64,000 nucleotides of DNA from Candidatus Woesearchaeota archaeon. Lineage in GTDB: Archaea; Nanobdellota; Nanobdellia; SCGC-AAA011-G17; PNOQ01. Numbering within the stretch: the first letter of the stretch is position 1; every line of letters starts with the position of its first letter. Shown in pieces: positions 19,564 to 29,651 of the stretch. The notes beneath the pieces were generated by a model. That model was not told where the DNA came from. It made no database searches and saw nothing but the letters and a program-made list of their open reading frames with translations. The stretch lies in the NCBI GenBank assembly GCA_964393215.1, contig CAYMSW010000001.1, positions 7,236 through 71,235 on the forward strand, given 5' to 3'. The position numbers were made by a program, and so were the translations under genes.

Positions 19564-20670
19564 ATGGTTGAATACGATGAATTAGGACCAGAGAAGATAC
19601 TAGAGGTCTACGATCCAAAAACTGGAATGAAGGGATTTACAGTAATTGACAATACTATCAGAGGCCCAGGAAAGGGAGGAATTAGAATGACTCCTTCTGT
19701 CACAGTAGATGAAGTAGCAAGATTAGCAAGAGCAATGACTTTGAAATGTGCATTGGCAGATCTACATTTTGGTGGAGCAAAATCTGGAATTGTAGCCGAT
19801 GACAGAAAAATGACCAAGAAACAAAAAAACGATATAGTTAAAGCATTTTCTGAAGCTCTAAAAGTTATTTCTCCAACTCACTACGTTGCCGCACCAGATA
19901 TGAACATGGGAGAGCACGAGATGGAAGTTTTTGTAAAACAAAACGGAAATATGAATTCTGCAACAGGAAAGCCAGCACACGTATGTGTTGAACCAGGAGA
20001 AAAGTGCGGATTGCCTCATGAATATGGAAGTACCGGATTCGGTGTAGCAAAAGCAACCCTAGTTGCAATGGAACATCTAAAACTAAAACCAAAAGAAACA
20101 ACAGTAGCAATAGAAGGGTTCGGAAACGTTGGAACTTTCACCATGAAACATCTAGCAGAGAAAGGAACAAAAATAATTGCAGTATCCGATTCAAAAGGAG
20201 TTATTTGCAATAAAGAAGGACTGGATTACAAAAAACTCATGAAAGTAAAAGAAGAAAAAGGAACTGTAACAAAATACAAACCAGGAAGTGTCTTACCAAA
20301 CAGTAGGATTTTTAGTCTAGATGTAGATATTCTAATTCCAGGAGCATTGCCAGATGTAATCAATGAGAAAAATTACAAAAGCATAAAGGCAAAAATATTA
20401 TCCGAGGCAGCAAACATTCCAATGAAATATGAAATAGAAGAAAAGCTGCACAAAAGAGGAGTTCTCATAGTTCCAGACATAATAGCAAACGCAGGCGGAG
20501 TAATAAGCTCTTACGCAGAATATGTTGGTTATAATCCTAAGAAAATGTTCAAATTAGTTGAAAGAAAAATTATAGAAAACACAAAATTAGTACTTGAAAC
20601 TGCAAAAAAGAAAAGAATTTCAACCAGAAAAGCAGCAACAGAAATAGCATTAAAGAGAATAAAAAAATAA
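19564..20670 (+). CDS. Glu/Leu/Phe/Val dehydrogenase-family protein.
   Basis: Active-site region GGIRMTPSV...KCALADLHFGGAKSGI and a Rossmann fold GFGNVG. Confidence 0.7.
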   Translation: MVEYDELGPEKILEVYDPKTGMKGFTVIDNTIRGPGKGGIRMTPSVTVDEVARLARAMTLKCALADLHFGGAKSGIVADDRKMTKKQKNDIVKAFSEALKVISPTHYVAAPDMNMGEHEMEVFVKQNGNMNSATGKPAHVCVEPGEKCGLPHEYGSTGFGVAKATLVAMEHLKLKPKETTVAIEGFGNVGTFTMKHLAEKGTKIIAVSDSKGVICNKEGLDYKKLMKVKEEKGTVTKYKPGSVLPNSRIFSLDVDILIPGALPDVINEKNYKSIKAKILSEAANIPMKYEIEEKLHKRGVLIVPDIIANAGGVISSYAEYVGYNPKKMFKLVERKIIENTKLVLETAKKKRISTRKAATEIALKRIKK

Positions 20671-20701
20671 TTCTTATAAATGCCCAAAAATTCTCAATAA
20701 G

Positions 20702-21409
20702 ATGATAGCCGAACTAAGAAAGGAAATGGAAGAGTGCAGTAATGAAGAAAAAGCTAAACTTTACCAAAGATTCTTCAAAACAGGGCCAGGACAATATGGT
20801 GAAGGAGATGTCTTCATGGGCTTAACAATGCCCGAAACAAGAGCAATATCTTCAAAATATACTGAAATGCCAATTGAAGAAGTTCAAGAATTACTAAACT
20901 CTGAAATTCACGAACATAGAATGTCTGCACTTTTAATTGTAATTCAAAAATACAGAAAAGCTAACAAAGAAGAAAAAAGAAAGCTATACGAATTCTACCT
21001 AAAAAACATGTCAAGAATAAACAACTGGGATTTAATAGATGTAACTGCCTCTCATGTAGTTGGAGATTTCCTGTTCAATAACAAAGAAGAAAAAGAAATG
21101 TTATACAAATTAGCAAAATCTAATGATTTATGGGAAAAAAGAATATCAGTAATTTCAACATTCAGATTCATAAAAGAAAATGAATTCGAAGATTCAATAA
21201 ATATTTCAGAAATATTGTTAAATGACAAACATGACTTAATCCATAAAGCAGTTGGTTGGATGCTCAGAGAGATTGGAAAGAAAGATCAAGAAATTGAAGA
21301 AGAATTCCTAAGAAAATATCATAAAACAATGCCAAGAACAATGCTTAGATATTCACTAGAAAAATTCACAAAAGATAAAAAAGACTTTTACATGGGAAGA
21401 ACAAAATGA
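20702..21409 (+). CDS. DNA alkylation repair protein of the AlkC/AlkD family (HEAT-like repeats).
   Basis: FFKTGPGQYGEGDVFMG matches the conserved AlkD N-terminal motif. Confidence 0.7.
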   Translation: MIAELRKEMEECSNEEKAKLYQRFFKTGPGQYGEGDVFMGLTMPETRAISSKYTEMPIEEVQELLNSEIHEHRMSALLIVIQKYRKANKEEKRKLYEFYLKNMSRINNWDLIDVTASHVVGDFLFNNKEEKEMLYKLAKSNDLWEKRISVISTFRFIKENEFEDSINISEILLNDKHDLIHKAVGWMLREIGKKDQEIEEEFLRKYHKTMPRTMLRYSLEKFTKDKKDFYMGRTK

Positions 21410-22053
21410 AGGCAAAAATAAAGAACATAAAACAAGAAACTCCAGAAATTAAGATATTCACAATAGCTCTTGAAAAAGAAATAGAATTCAAACCAGGGCA
21501 GTTCATAAAATTAGTTTTACCTAAAGAAAAAATAGGAAGGCCATTCTCAGTTTCATCAAAAGGAGGAAAACATAAAGAAATACAACTAACAATAAAAATT
21601 TACGAAGATGGAACATTTACACCTAAATTGAGCGAACTAAAAAAAGGAAGCGAAGTAGAAATAGAAGGTCCATATGGTAAATTTTTCTTTGCTGACAAAA
21701 CAGGAAAAGATGTAGTTCTAATTGCAGGTGGAACAGGAGTAAGTACGCTGCATTCAATTTTCAGATATATAATAGATAATAAACTAAAAAACAAAATTAC
21801 TCTGCTTTACAGCGTGGGAACAAAAAAGGATTTAGCATACAAAAAAGAATTTGAAAAGGAAAAAATAGATTTCAGACCAAACTTCACCAGAGAAAAAGGT
21901 GGAAAAAGATTTGAAATGAAAGATTTTAAAGATCTAAATAAAGAGTCATTCTTCTACATAGTCGGCCCACCTGCATTTGTAAAAGACATGATAGAAATAT
22001 TGAAAAAACTAAAAATAAAAAGGGAAAACATCAAAACGGAGATGTATGGATAA
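21406..22053 (+). CDS. FNR-like FAD/NAD(P)-binding oxidoreductase.
   Basis: GRPFSVSS (an RxYS-like FAD motif) and LIAGGTGVS (NAD motif). It overlaps the AlkD stop by 4 nt. Confidence 0.55.
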   Translation: MKAKIKNIKQETPEIKIFTIALEKEIEFKPGQFIKLVLPKEKIGRPFSVSSKGGKHKEIQLTIKIYEDGTFTPKLSELKKGSEVEIEGPYGKFFFADKTGKDVVLIAGGTGVSTLHSIFRYIIDNKLKNKITLLYSVGTKKDLAYKKEFEKEKIDFRPNFTREKGGKRFEMKDFKDLNKESFFYIVGPPAFVKDMIEILKKLKIKRENIKTEMYG

Positions 22054-22173
22054 AAATGCCAGACGAATACGGAAAAAGAAAATCAAAAGGTGACAAAAAA
22101 GCAAAGTCAAGGTACAATTCGAAATATAAGAAGGGCGGAAAAAGAAGAGCTGGAAAAATAAAGGAAGATAAAT

Positions 22174-23550
22174 TTAAATCTTCTTAACCATATAAGGTCC
22201 TTCTAGAACATAACCTAGATTTCTATAATAATCTCTAACTCCAACTCCAGAAATAACAACAATTTTATTTAGACCATTTTGTTTTGCAACTTCTTCAGCC
22301 CTTAACATAAGCTTTTTACCAAGCCCTTTATGTTGTGCTTCGACCTCTTTATCAGAACCAATCTCAACCTGTTTTCCATAAATGTGTAGTTCTCTAACTA
22401 ATAAAGTCTTATCAGTAATTTCCTTTCTAAATGGTTTTCCAGGAATTCTTAGTCTCAACAAACCAAACAAACAGTTCTCGCTTTCAAAACTAATAAAAAA
22501 CTCTTTTCCACCACTAGCATTGTACTCAAGAACTTTTAATTCAGGTTCACCAACACTATTATTTAAACCGACTTCTCTACATCTAATACACTTACATTTC
22601 AAACCCATATCTTTCATTCTATCTGCCAAAGAAGTTCTAGAATTGGATCTTATTTTCCCTGATTTTATATCTCTATGATCAAACTGTCTCATAATTCTCA
22701 TAATTCTACAATATTCAGGAACGCTTTCTTTCATATTGCAAATTAAATCCAGCATATCAATTTCGTCGTATAATTCAAACTCTCCTCTCTGATGCATAAC
22801 ATACAAAGGAGTGTTTTCCATTATTTGTAAAGGATAAATTTTCAACTGATCAGGTTTAAATCCAGAATCACCGAACAATTGTTTAAACTTCTCCAAATCA
22901 TTTTTAATATTAGAGCCAGGCAAACCAGGCATTATATGATAACCAACCTTAAATCCAGAGTCTTTCAACAAGCGAGTTGCCTTTTCAACATCTGCAACAG
23001 TATGGCCTCTATTAACAATTCCATAGACTTTATCATCAATTACCTGCACACCCAATTCTACACGAGTACAACCAAATTCTAACATCTTATTTATGTGTTT
23101 TTCAAAAGCCCAATCAGGTTTTGTTTCAATACATAAAGCAACACACCGATTATCAGCAGCCTCATTTATTTTCTTAGCTTCTTCTAAATCTTTAGATTCT
23201 TTCTCATTCAAAGCATCAAAAACTTTCTTTGTGAATTCATATTGATAGTCTTCTGGATAAGCCAAAAAAGTACCACCCAAATAAATCATTTCAATTTTAG
23301 AAGTGGGATGACCCATATGTTTGAAAGCCCTCAACCTAGCTTCAATCTGTTTAGAAGGATCATAATTCAAAGCCATAGCTCGCATTATTGCGGGGCTTCT
23401 AGTTGTATAACTATTTGGAGTATCTCCACCACCCGGACAATAGATACATCTCCCATGTGGACATTTGTAAGGCATAGTTACAACAGTCAAAGGTGTAACT
23501 CCTGACTTAGTCCTTATTGGCTTCTTAACTCCACTTGTATTCTGTGTCAT
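22174..23550 (-). CDS. elp3: Elp3-type tRNA uridine-34 modification enzyme (radical SAM plus GNAT).
   Basis: CPHGRCIYCPGG radical-SAM cysteine motif and a C-terminal GNAT region. Confidence 0.85.
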   Translation of the reverse strand: MTQNTSGVKKPIRTKSGVTPLTVVTMPYKCPHGRCIYCPGGGDTPNSYTTRSPAIMRAMALNYDPSKQIEARLRAFKHMGHPTSKIEMIYLGGTFLAYPEDYQYEFTKKVFDALNEKESKDLEEAKKINEAADNRCVALCIETKPDWAFEKHINKMLEFGCTRVELGVQVIDDKVYGIVNRGHTVADVEKATRLLKDSGFKVGYHIMPGLPGSNIKNDLEKFKQLFGDSGFKPDQLKIYPLQIMENTPLYVMHQRGEFELYDEIDMLDLICNMKESVPEYCRIMRIMRQFDHRDIKSGKIRSNSRTSLADRMKDMGLKCKCIRCREVGLNNSVGEPELKVLEYNASGGKEFFISFESENCLFGLLRLRIPGKPFRKEITDKTLLVRELHIYGKQVEIGSDKEVEAQHKGLGKKLMLRAEEVAKQNGLNKIVVISGVGVRDYYRNLGYVLEGPYMVKKI

Positions 23551-23588
23551 AATTTCAAGCCTAACCCAAGACTTTTAAATTCATCGAA

Positions 23589-24197
23589 TTGAACAAAAAC
23601 ATGGAAAGAGACGTTTGGAATGCAATATCACCAGCATGGGATAGATTCAGAAAAAAACCCTTCCCAAAAACGGTAACAGAATTAGCAAGCAAATGGAAAC
23701 CCGGGAAAGTTTTAGATCTCGGATGCGGAAATGCAAGAAATTTAGTTCCATTTTCAGAAAAAGGATTTGAATGTTATGGCGTAGATTTTAGTGAAGAGAT
23801 GATTAAGCTAGCCAAAAAAAGATTAAAAGCAGAGTTCAAACTTGGAGATATTCTAGAAATCCCTTACAAAGACGATAATTTTGATTACATAATCTGTGTA
23901 GCAGCATTCCACCACGTAAAAAAAGTTGATCAAGAAAAAGGATTGCAAGAAATTAAAAGAGTTCTAAAACCGAATGGAAAATTATACATAACTGGATGGA
24001 ATAAATGGCAAAAAGGCAAATTCTTCCTAAAAAAAGAAGCAAACATTCCTTGGAAAATGAAAGACAAAACGTACGATAGATACAATTACCTATTCAACTA
24101 CTTAGAACTAAAAAAACTAGTCAAGAAATCAGGATTTAATATTGAAAAAATAAGTGGTATGTTTGGTAAAAATATTGAAGTTTTAGCTTCAAATTAA
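23589..24197 (+). CDS. Class I SAM-dependent methyltransferase.
   Basis: Motif VLDLGCGNARN and acidic loop 2. Confidence 0.65.
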   Translation: MNKNMERDVWNAISPAWDRFRKKPFPKTVTELASKWKPGKVLDLGCGNARNLVPFSEKGFECYGVDFSEEMIKLAKKRLKAEFKLGDILEIPYKDDNFDYIICVAAFHHVKKVDQEKGLQEIKRVLKPNGKLYITGWNKWQKGKFFLKKEANIPWKMKDKTYDRYNYLFNYLELKKLVKKSGFNIEKISGMFGKNIEVLASN

Positions 24198-24641
24198 ACC
24201 AACTTCTACCAATCTTCCAGCCAAAACCATAGTATCGCCATCATACTCCTGTTCTGCCAATTCCACATACCATTTTCCAATAGATTCCATTACTTCCATT
24301 TTATCACCTCGGAAATAATATGTGAAGAATTACTTAAATAGCTCACGCGCGCCCATGTCAAGATGTCAAAGAATATCTATCCATAACATCCCGTATAACA
24401 AAGCAGTCTAATTTAGACACTTTTATATATCTAAATACAAAATAAATACCATGCGAAAAACTCCCATGAGATGTCCAAAATGTAATACAATTCGCACGTA
24501 TTTTGTATGATAGACTTATAGCAGGAGATGGAATTTCAGAGATGACTGATTCAGAAATAAGATCGGCTTCAGCATATGGAGATTATCTTGAAAATGGGAT
24601 AACGGATGAGACCTTGCGTGCTTATGTAATTTATAAAGCAA

Positions 24642-24983
24642 ATGACCCTTCTAGATGTGAATAAAATTATGGAAATTATACAAGTGAATCTCGGAATTCT
24701 GGGATTGATTTTTGATATTCTTGGAGTCCTTATCATTATATTTACTGAAATTATAAATCCCTTTTATGGCAGGAGAGAGGACGTAAAGTGGTGGAGTGGA
24801 AAGAAATATTGGTGGAATGCTTGGAGGCCCTTTTATAAAAATACTCAAACTTTAAAGTGGGTAACAAAATGGAACCATAAACCAGTTGTTGAAGGCATAA
24901 TTCCTCCCAAATATAAATTAGAATTTTTTGGTATATTATTAATTATTATTGGGTTCATATTGCATATTCTTTTATTTATTTAA
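24642..24983 (+). CDS. Small hypothetical membrane protein.
   Basis: Two hydrophobic segments; no recognised homology. Confidence 0.3.
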   Translation: MTLLDVNKIMEIIQVNLGILGLIFDILGVLIIIFTEIINPFYGRREDVKWWSGKKYWWNAWRPFYKNTQTLKWVTKWNHKPVVEGIIPPKYKLEFFGILLIIIGFILHILLFI

Positions 24984-25016
24984 TTAAACATGAATTTCCC
25001 ATATAATCCCTAAACT

Positions 25017-25907
25017 TCAACCCCTCCGCAACAATCTCAACATAATAGCTTTCTCAATATGTTCACGATTCTCAGCCTGATCTAATATCACACTACGAGG
25101 ACTATCCATAACTTCATCAGTCACTTCCATGCCCCTCTTAGCAGGCAAACAGTGCATAAACAAAGCTTTTCGACCAAAAGTCTTAGAATTAACTTGATAT
25201 TTCTTCAAAGCCTTCAACCTTCTCTTCATCTGACTATCTTTAATGTGATAAGACATCCAAGAATCAGAATAAACTACATCAGCACCTTTCAAAGCTTCTT
25301 TTAAACTAACAACTTTCACACCAGTTTCTTTCACAATCTTAGAATTAGGCATAAACTCTTTAGATTTGGGACAAGCAATCTGCATCTTAACGCCCAACTT
25401 CTTAGAAGCATACATCAAAGAATGAGTAACATTGTTATTAGCATCTCCCAAATAAGCCAACTTAACATTAAATGATCTAAGCTTCTCTTTGATAGTTAAC
25501 ATATCCCCTAAAGCTTGACAAGGATGATATGAATTAGTCAAACCATTAATAACTGGAGAAGAAGAATACTTTGCAAACTCTTCAATATCTTTATGTTCAT
25601 ACAAACGAGCCATAACAATATCAACATAACGAGTAGAAACTGCTGCGCCGTCCTTTATACTTTCTTTCTTGCCCAAAGGACTTGTAGAAATGTCATAAAA
25701 TATTGCATGTCCACCAAGACCCAACATTCCAGCTTCAAAACTCAAACGAGTTCTCAAACTTGGCTTTGCAAACAACATAAGAAGAGTTTTGCCTTTCAAC
25801 TTGTTTTCATATCTTCCAGGATACTTCTTTACCCTTTTACCTAAACTAATCATACTTTTCAATTCTTTTGAGCTAAAATCCTTCAAAGTCAAGAAGTGTT
25901 TCATCAA
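25017..25907 (-). CDS. argF: Ornithine carbamoyltransferase (or another ATCase/OTC-family carbamoyltransferase).
   Basis: HCLPAKRGMEVTDEV motif and an STRTR-like carbamoyl-phosphate site (SLRTRLSFE). Confidence 0.75.
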   Translation of the reverse strand: MMKHFLTLKDFSSKELKSMISLGKRVKKYPGRYENKLKGKTLLMLFAKPSLRTRLSFEAGMLGLGGHAIFYDISTSPLGKKESIKDGAAVSTRYVDIVMARLYEHKDIEEFAKYSSSPVINGLTNSYHPCQALGDMLTIKEKLRSFNVKLAYLGDANNNVTHSLMYASKKLGVKMQIACPKSKEFMPNSKIVKETGVKVVSLKEALKGADVVYSDSWMSYHIKDSQMKRRLKALKKYQVNSKTFGRKALFMHCLPAKRGMEVTDEVMDSPRSVILDQAENREHIEKAIMLRLLRRG

Positions 25908-27202
25908 TAAAACCTCCTTAACAATTTCTCTAAAACCTTAACACTATCATCACCAAGCTCATAATTAACTTCAACCATTGGTTTGTTCACAGAAATTAAT
26001 CCCCTCAAATTTGCAGGAGTACCATCCACAACAACATCAGCAGGAACTCTATTAACTGTCTTTTCCAATTCCTTTATTTGCTTTCTACTATATCCCATTG
26101 CAGGAATTTCATAAGTCAAATGTGGAAACTTATCAAATGTTTCTCTTATAGAACCAACAGCATGTTTCTTAGGATTAACAAACTTTCCACCATTTCTTTT
26201 CACAGCAATAGTTCCGGCACCATAACTCATTCCACCATGGGACAAAGTTGGACCATCACCAATAACTGCACACCTCTTTCCCCTAATTAAACTAGGCTTA
26301 CTGACCAACAATTTAGATTTGGCCAAAATAACTTTCGCCTTAGGATTATATTTTCTAATATTTTCCTTAACAACTTCAATATCTTTCTTCATTGCACTAT
26401 CAATCTTATTTATCACAATAACATCGGCCATTAAGAAATTAACAAAACCAGGATAGTGTGTTAACTCATCTCCGGCCCTATGTGGATCAACAACAGTTAT
26501 CAACAGATCAGGTTTTATGAAAGAAACATCATTATTTCCACCATCAAATACAATAACATCTGCCTCCTTCTCGGCCCTACCTAAAATCTCTTTGTAATCA
26601 AAACCAGCATATATAACAAAACCATGATTAATCCAGGGTTGATACTCTTCCTCTTCCTCAATAGTTGTTCTATGTTTTCTGAAATCAGATTCTTTCTCAA
26701 ACCTCTGCGAAGTCTGCTTCAACAAATTACCGTAGGGCATAGAATGTCTAATGCCAACAACGTTCTTTCCTTTCTTTCTAAGAATCTCGGCAACAGCTCT
26801 TGAAGTTTGACTCTTTCCAGAACCAGTTCTAACTGCAGTAACTGCTACAACAGGCCTTCTCGATTTAACATAAATATCCTCAGCACCCAACAAACCAAAA
26901 TTAGCACCAGCAGCTAAAACCTTAGAAGCAAATTCCATAACGTATTGATGGCCCAAGTCAGAATAACTCAAAAAGACAAAATCAATTTTCAACTTCTTAA
27001 TTAACATAGCCAACTTAGATTCAGAATAAATAGGAATTCTCTTTCCTTTTGCCAACTTACTTGGAAAACTTCTTTTCTCGATTCCAGGTATTTGTGCAGC
27101 AGTAAACGCAACAACTTCATAAGTTGGATTATTCTTGAAATAAACTAAATAATTGTGAAAATCCCTACCGCCAGCACCAGATATTATAACTCTTTTTTTC
27201 AT
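25904..27202 (-). CDS. P-loop protein. It may belong to the COG2403 family that is often annotated as cyclic 2,3-diphosphoglycerate synthetase-like, which I recall only from memory. Function uncertain.
   Basis: N-terminal Rossmann-like GAGGRD segment and a central P-loop RTGSGKSQTS; 432 aa; embedded in the carbamate kinase/OTC operon. Confidence 0.3.
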   Translation of the reverse strand: MKKRVIISGAGGRDFHNYLVYFKNNPTYEVVAFTAAQIPGIEKRSFPSKLAKGKRIPIYSESKLAMLIKKLKIDFVFLSYSDLGHQYVMEFASKVLAAGANFGLLGAEDIYVKSRRPVVAVTAVRTGSGKSQTSRAVAEILRKKGKNVVGIRHSMPYGNLLKQTSQRFEKESDFRKHRTTIEEEEEYQPWINHGFVIYAGFDYKEILGRAEKEADVIVFDGGNNDVSFIKPDLLITVVDPHRAGDELTHYPGFVNFLMADVIVINKIDSAMKKDIEVVKENIRKYNPKAKVILAKSKLLVSKPSLIRGKRCAVIGDGPTLSHGGMSYGAGTIAVKRNGGKFVNPKKHAVGSIRETFDKFPHLTYEIPAMGYSRKQIKELEKTVNRVPADVVVDGTPANLRGLISVNKPMVEVNYELGDDSVKVLEKLLRRFY

Positions 27203-28128
27203 TTTGTTATTGTAGTTCCAGCAAAACCACCAATTGCTTTTGAAATATTATTTGGATCAGTTATTATGACTTTCTTGCCACCCTTTTTCAAAAACTCTAC
27301 AGCAGACATTATCTTTGGAGCCATACTTCCCTCAGCAAAATGTCCTTCATCCAAGTAAGCTATTGCTTCTTTCAATTTGACTTTATTTAAACCTTTTTGA
27401 TTCTTTTTCCTAAAATTCAAATAAGCTCTATCAATACTGGTAACCAAGAGAAGTACATCTGCTTTAACTTGCTTAGCCAAAACACTGCTGGCTAAATCCT
27501 TATCTATAACTGCTTCAACACCAACAAGTTTACCATTCCTTTTGTAAACAGGAATTCCACCACCCCCAGTCGCAATAACAATTATTCCTTTCCTAACTAA
27601 ACCTTTTATTGTTTTAGCCTCAACAATACCAAGAGGATAAGGACTTGCAACAAACCTCCTATAACCCCTACCAGAATCTTCTTTATACACGAAACCTTTC
27701 TTTTTCATCTTACCAACTTGCTTCTTTGTATAAAATGGACCAACTGGCTTGCTAGGTTTTCTAAAAGCTTTATCTTTCCTGTCAACCAAGACTTGGGTCA
27801 ATAAAGTAACAACAGACTTCTTCAACCTATGATCATTCAAAGTATTCAACAAAGTTTGCTCAATCATATATCCAAGCTGACCTTGAACTTCAGCATCTAA
27901 CACATCCAAGGGCATAACTGGAACTTTGCCCTTAGACAATTCATTCTGCAGCAACAAAGCACCAGCTTGAGGACCGGAACCATGAGTAATTACTAAATTG
28001 TGTTTCTTCTTAACCAAATCTGCCAAAATTATAGAAATCTTCTTCAAACTATCAAGAGTACTCTTATAATCACTCTTTCCTTTTTTTGATGTTAATGCAT
28101 TGCCACCAAGTGCAACAACTATCTTCAT
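27199..28128 (-). CDS. arcC: Carbamate kinase.
   Basis: MKIVVALGGNAL and IATGGGGIPV motifs. Confidence 0.85.
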   Translation of the reverse strand: MKIVVALGGNALTSKKGKSDYKSTLDSLKKISIILADLVKKKHNLVITHGSGPQAGALLLQNELSKGKVPVMPLDVLDAEVQGQLGYMIEQTLLNTLNDHRLKKSVVTLLTQVLVDRKDKAFRKPSKPVGPFYTKKQVGKMKKKGFVYKEDSGRGYRRFVASPYPLGIVEAKTIKGLVRKGIIVIATGGGGIPVYKRNGKLVGVEAVIDKDLASSVLAKQVKADVLLLVTSIDRAYLNFRKKNQKGLNKVKLKEAIAYLDEGHFAEGSMAPKIMSAVEFLKKGGKKVIITDPNNISKAIGGFAGTTITK

Positions 28129-29270
28129 TTTAGGAACTTCTCCAAACGATTTATTGCTTCTTTTATTTTGTTTAAATCAGTTGCATAGCTAAACCTAACA
28201 TATCCTTCTCCAAATTTTCCAAACTCTGTGCCAGGAACAGCAGCAACTTTAGCCTTCTTTATCATATCTTTAACAAATTTTAAACTATTCTTTGAATAAT
28301 CCTTAATATTTGAAAAAGCATAGAAAGCACCATCTGGAACAGAAGTGCTCAAACCAAGCTCATTTAATTTAGGAACAATATAATTCCTACGCCTTCTATA
28401 TTCTTTCAACATTTTACCAATATATTTATCACCAACGGACAATGCCTTAAGCCCCATCAATTGAGATACATTTGGTGCACAGATATTCAAATACTGGGAT
28501 ACTTTAGTCATAGCTTCGATAACTTCTTGAGGTCCAGAAGCATAACCAACTCTAAACCCACACATCGCATGCGCCTTAGAAAATGTTTGGAAAGTAACAA
28601 CATATTCTTTCATACCATTCAAAGAACCGATAGAAACATGTTTAGCATCATAGATTACTTTCTCATAAGCTTCATCAGAAAAAACATAAACATCATTTTC
28701 AACTGCAATGTCAGCAACTTCTTCCAAAACTTTTTTCCTAATAACAGTTCCAGTTGGATTTGATGGAGAATTTAGAATGATAACTCTTGTTTTCTTCTTA
28801 TCAATCACTTTCTTAATCTCATCAGAATCTATTTCAAAATTATTAGATTCCTTAAGTCTAACAAATTTAGGAACAGCACTTACCAATTCAACAGCAGGAA
28901 TGTAATCCATGTAAGAAGGATTTGGAATAACAACTTGGTCTTTCGGATCTAAAACAGATAACAAGCCAGCAAACAATGCAGACTGACTACCAGGTGTAAC
29001 AATAATATTGCTTGGTTTAAAATTAATCTTATTATCTTTCTTTAACTTTTTACATATTGCTTCTCTTAATGGAGTTATTCCTTGTGGAGAAGTATAATGT
29101 GTTGACTTTCCAATTACTTTAGCACCATGTTTCAAAATAGGTTTAGGAGTAACAAAGTCAGGTTCACCAGGACCTAAAGAGATAATATCCTTAGATTCCG
29201 ACGATATTTTTAACAATTCACCTATCAACGCTTCAGGTAAATCGACCTCTCTTTCAGACAATTCTTTCAT
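28125..29270 (-). CDS. Class I/II PLP-dependent aminotransferase (aspartate aminotransferase family).
   Basis: SFSKAHAMCGFRVGY carries the PLP lysine; N-terminal GEPDF. Confidence 0.8.
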   Translation of the reverse strand: MKELSEREVDLPEALIGELLKISSESKDIISLGPGEPDFVTPKPILKHGAKVIGKSTHYTSPQGITPLREAICKKLKKDNKINFKPSNIIVTPGSQSALFAGLLSVLDPKDQVVIPNPSYMDYIPAVELVSAVPKFVRLKESNNFEIDSDEIKKVIDKKKTRVIILNSPSNPTGTVIRKKVLEEVADIAVENDVYVFSDEAYEKVIYDAKHVSIGSLNGMKEYVVTFQTFSKAHAMCGFRVGYASGPQEVIEAMTKVSQYLNICAPNVSQLMGLKALSVGDKYIGKMLKEYRRRRNYIVPKLNELGLSTSVPDGAFYAFSNIKDYSKNSLKFVKDMIKKAKVAAVPGTEFGKFGEGYVRFSYATDLNKIKEAINRLEKFLK

Positions 29271-29331
29271 TATATTAGAAATTAAAAATCAGAGTATAAA
29301 TAAGTTTTGATAAAAAAATAGAAAGGAGAAA

Positions 29332-29637
29332 TTATCTTCTCCTTCTTGTTGTTTTTCTTGCAGTTGTTCTTCTCTTAGCAGTAGTTCTACGTGCAGTTGT
29401 TCTTCTCTTAGCAGTAGTTTTTCTTGCAGTAGCTCTTCTGGCTGTCTTTCTTTTTGCAGTAGTTCTACGTGTTGCTGTCTTTCTCTTAGCAGTAGTTCTA
29501 CGTGCAGTAGTTCTTCTCTTTGCAGTTGTTCTTCTCTTTGCAGTTGTTCTTCTTGCAGTAGTTCTACGTGCAGTCTTTCTCTTAGCAGTAGTTCTACGTG
29601 CAGTCTTTCTTTTTGCAGTTCTTCTTGCGGCTGCCAT
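29332..29637 (-). CDS. Extremely basic, low-complexity repeat protein. About 18 degenerate TA(K/R)R(K/R/T) pentapeptide repeats.
   Basis: 101 aa, of which about half are Arg/Lys. The underlying DNA has a 15/30-bp tandem periodicity. A strong SD, ggaggt, lies 8 nt upstream of the ATG. Confidence 0.5.
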   Translation of the reverse strand: MAAARRTAKRKTARRTTAKRKTARRTTARRTTAKRRTTAKRRTTARRTTAKRKTATRRTTAKRKTARRATARKTTAKRRTTARRTTAKRRTTARKTTRRRR

Positions 29638-29645
29638 GTTTGTTT

Positions 29646-29651
29646 ACCTCC
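29646..29651 (-). promoter_or_regulatory. Shine-Dalgarno-like ggaggt for the basic repeat protein.
   Basis: The reverse complement reads ggaggt, 8 nt before the ATG at 29637. Confidence 0.4.
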
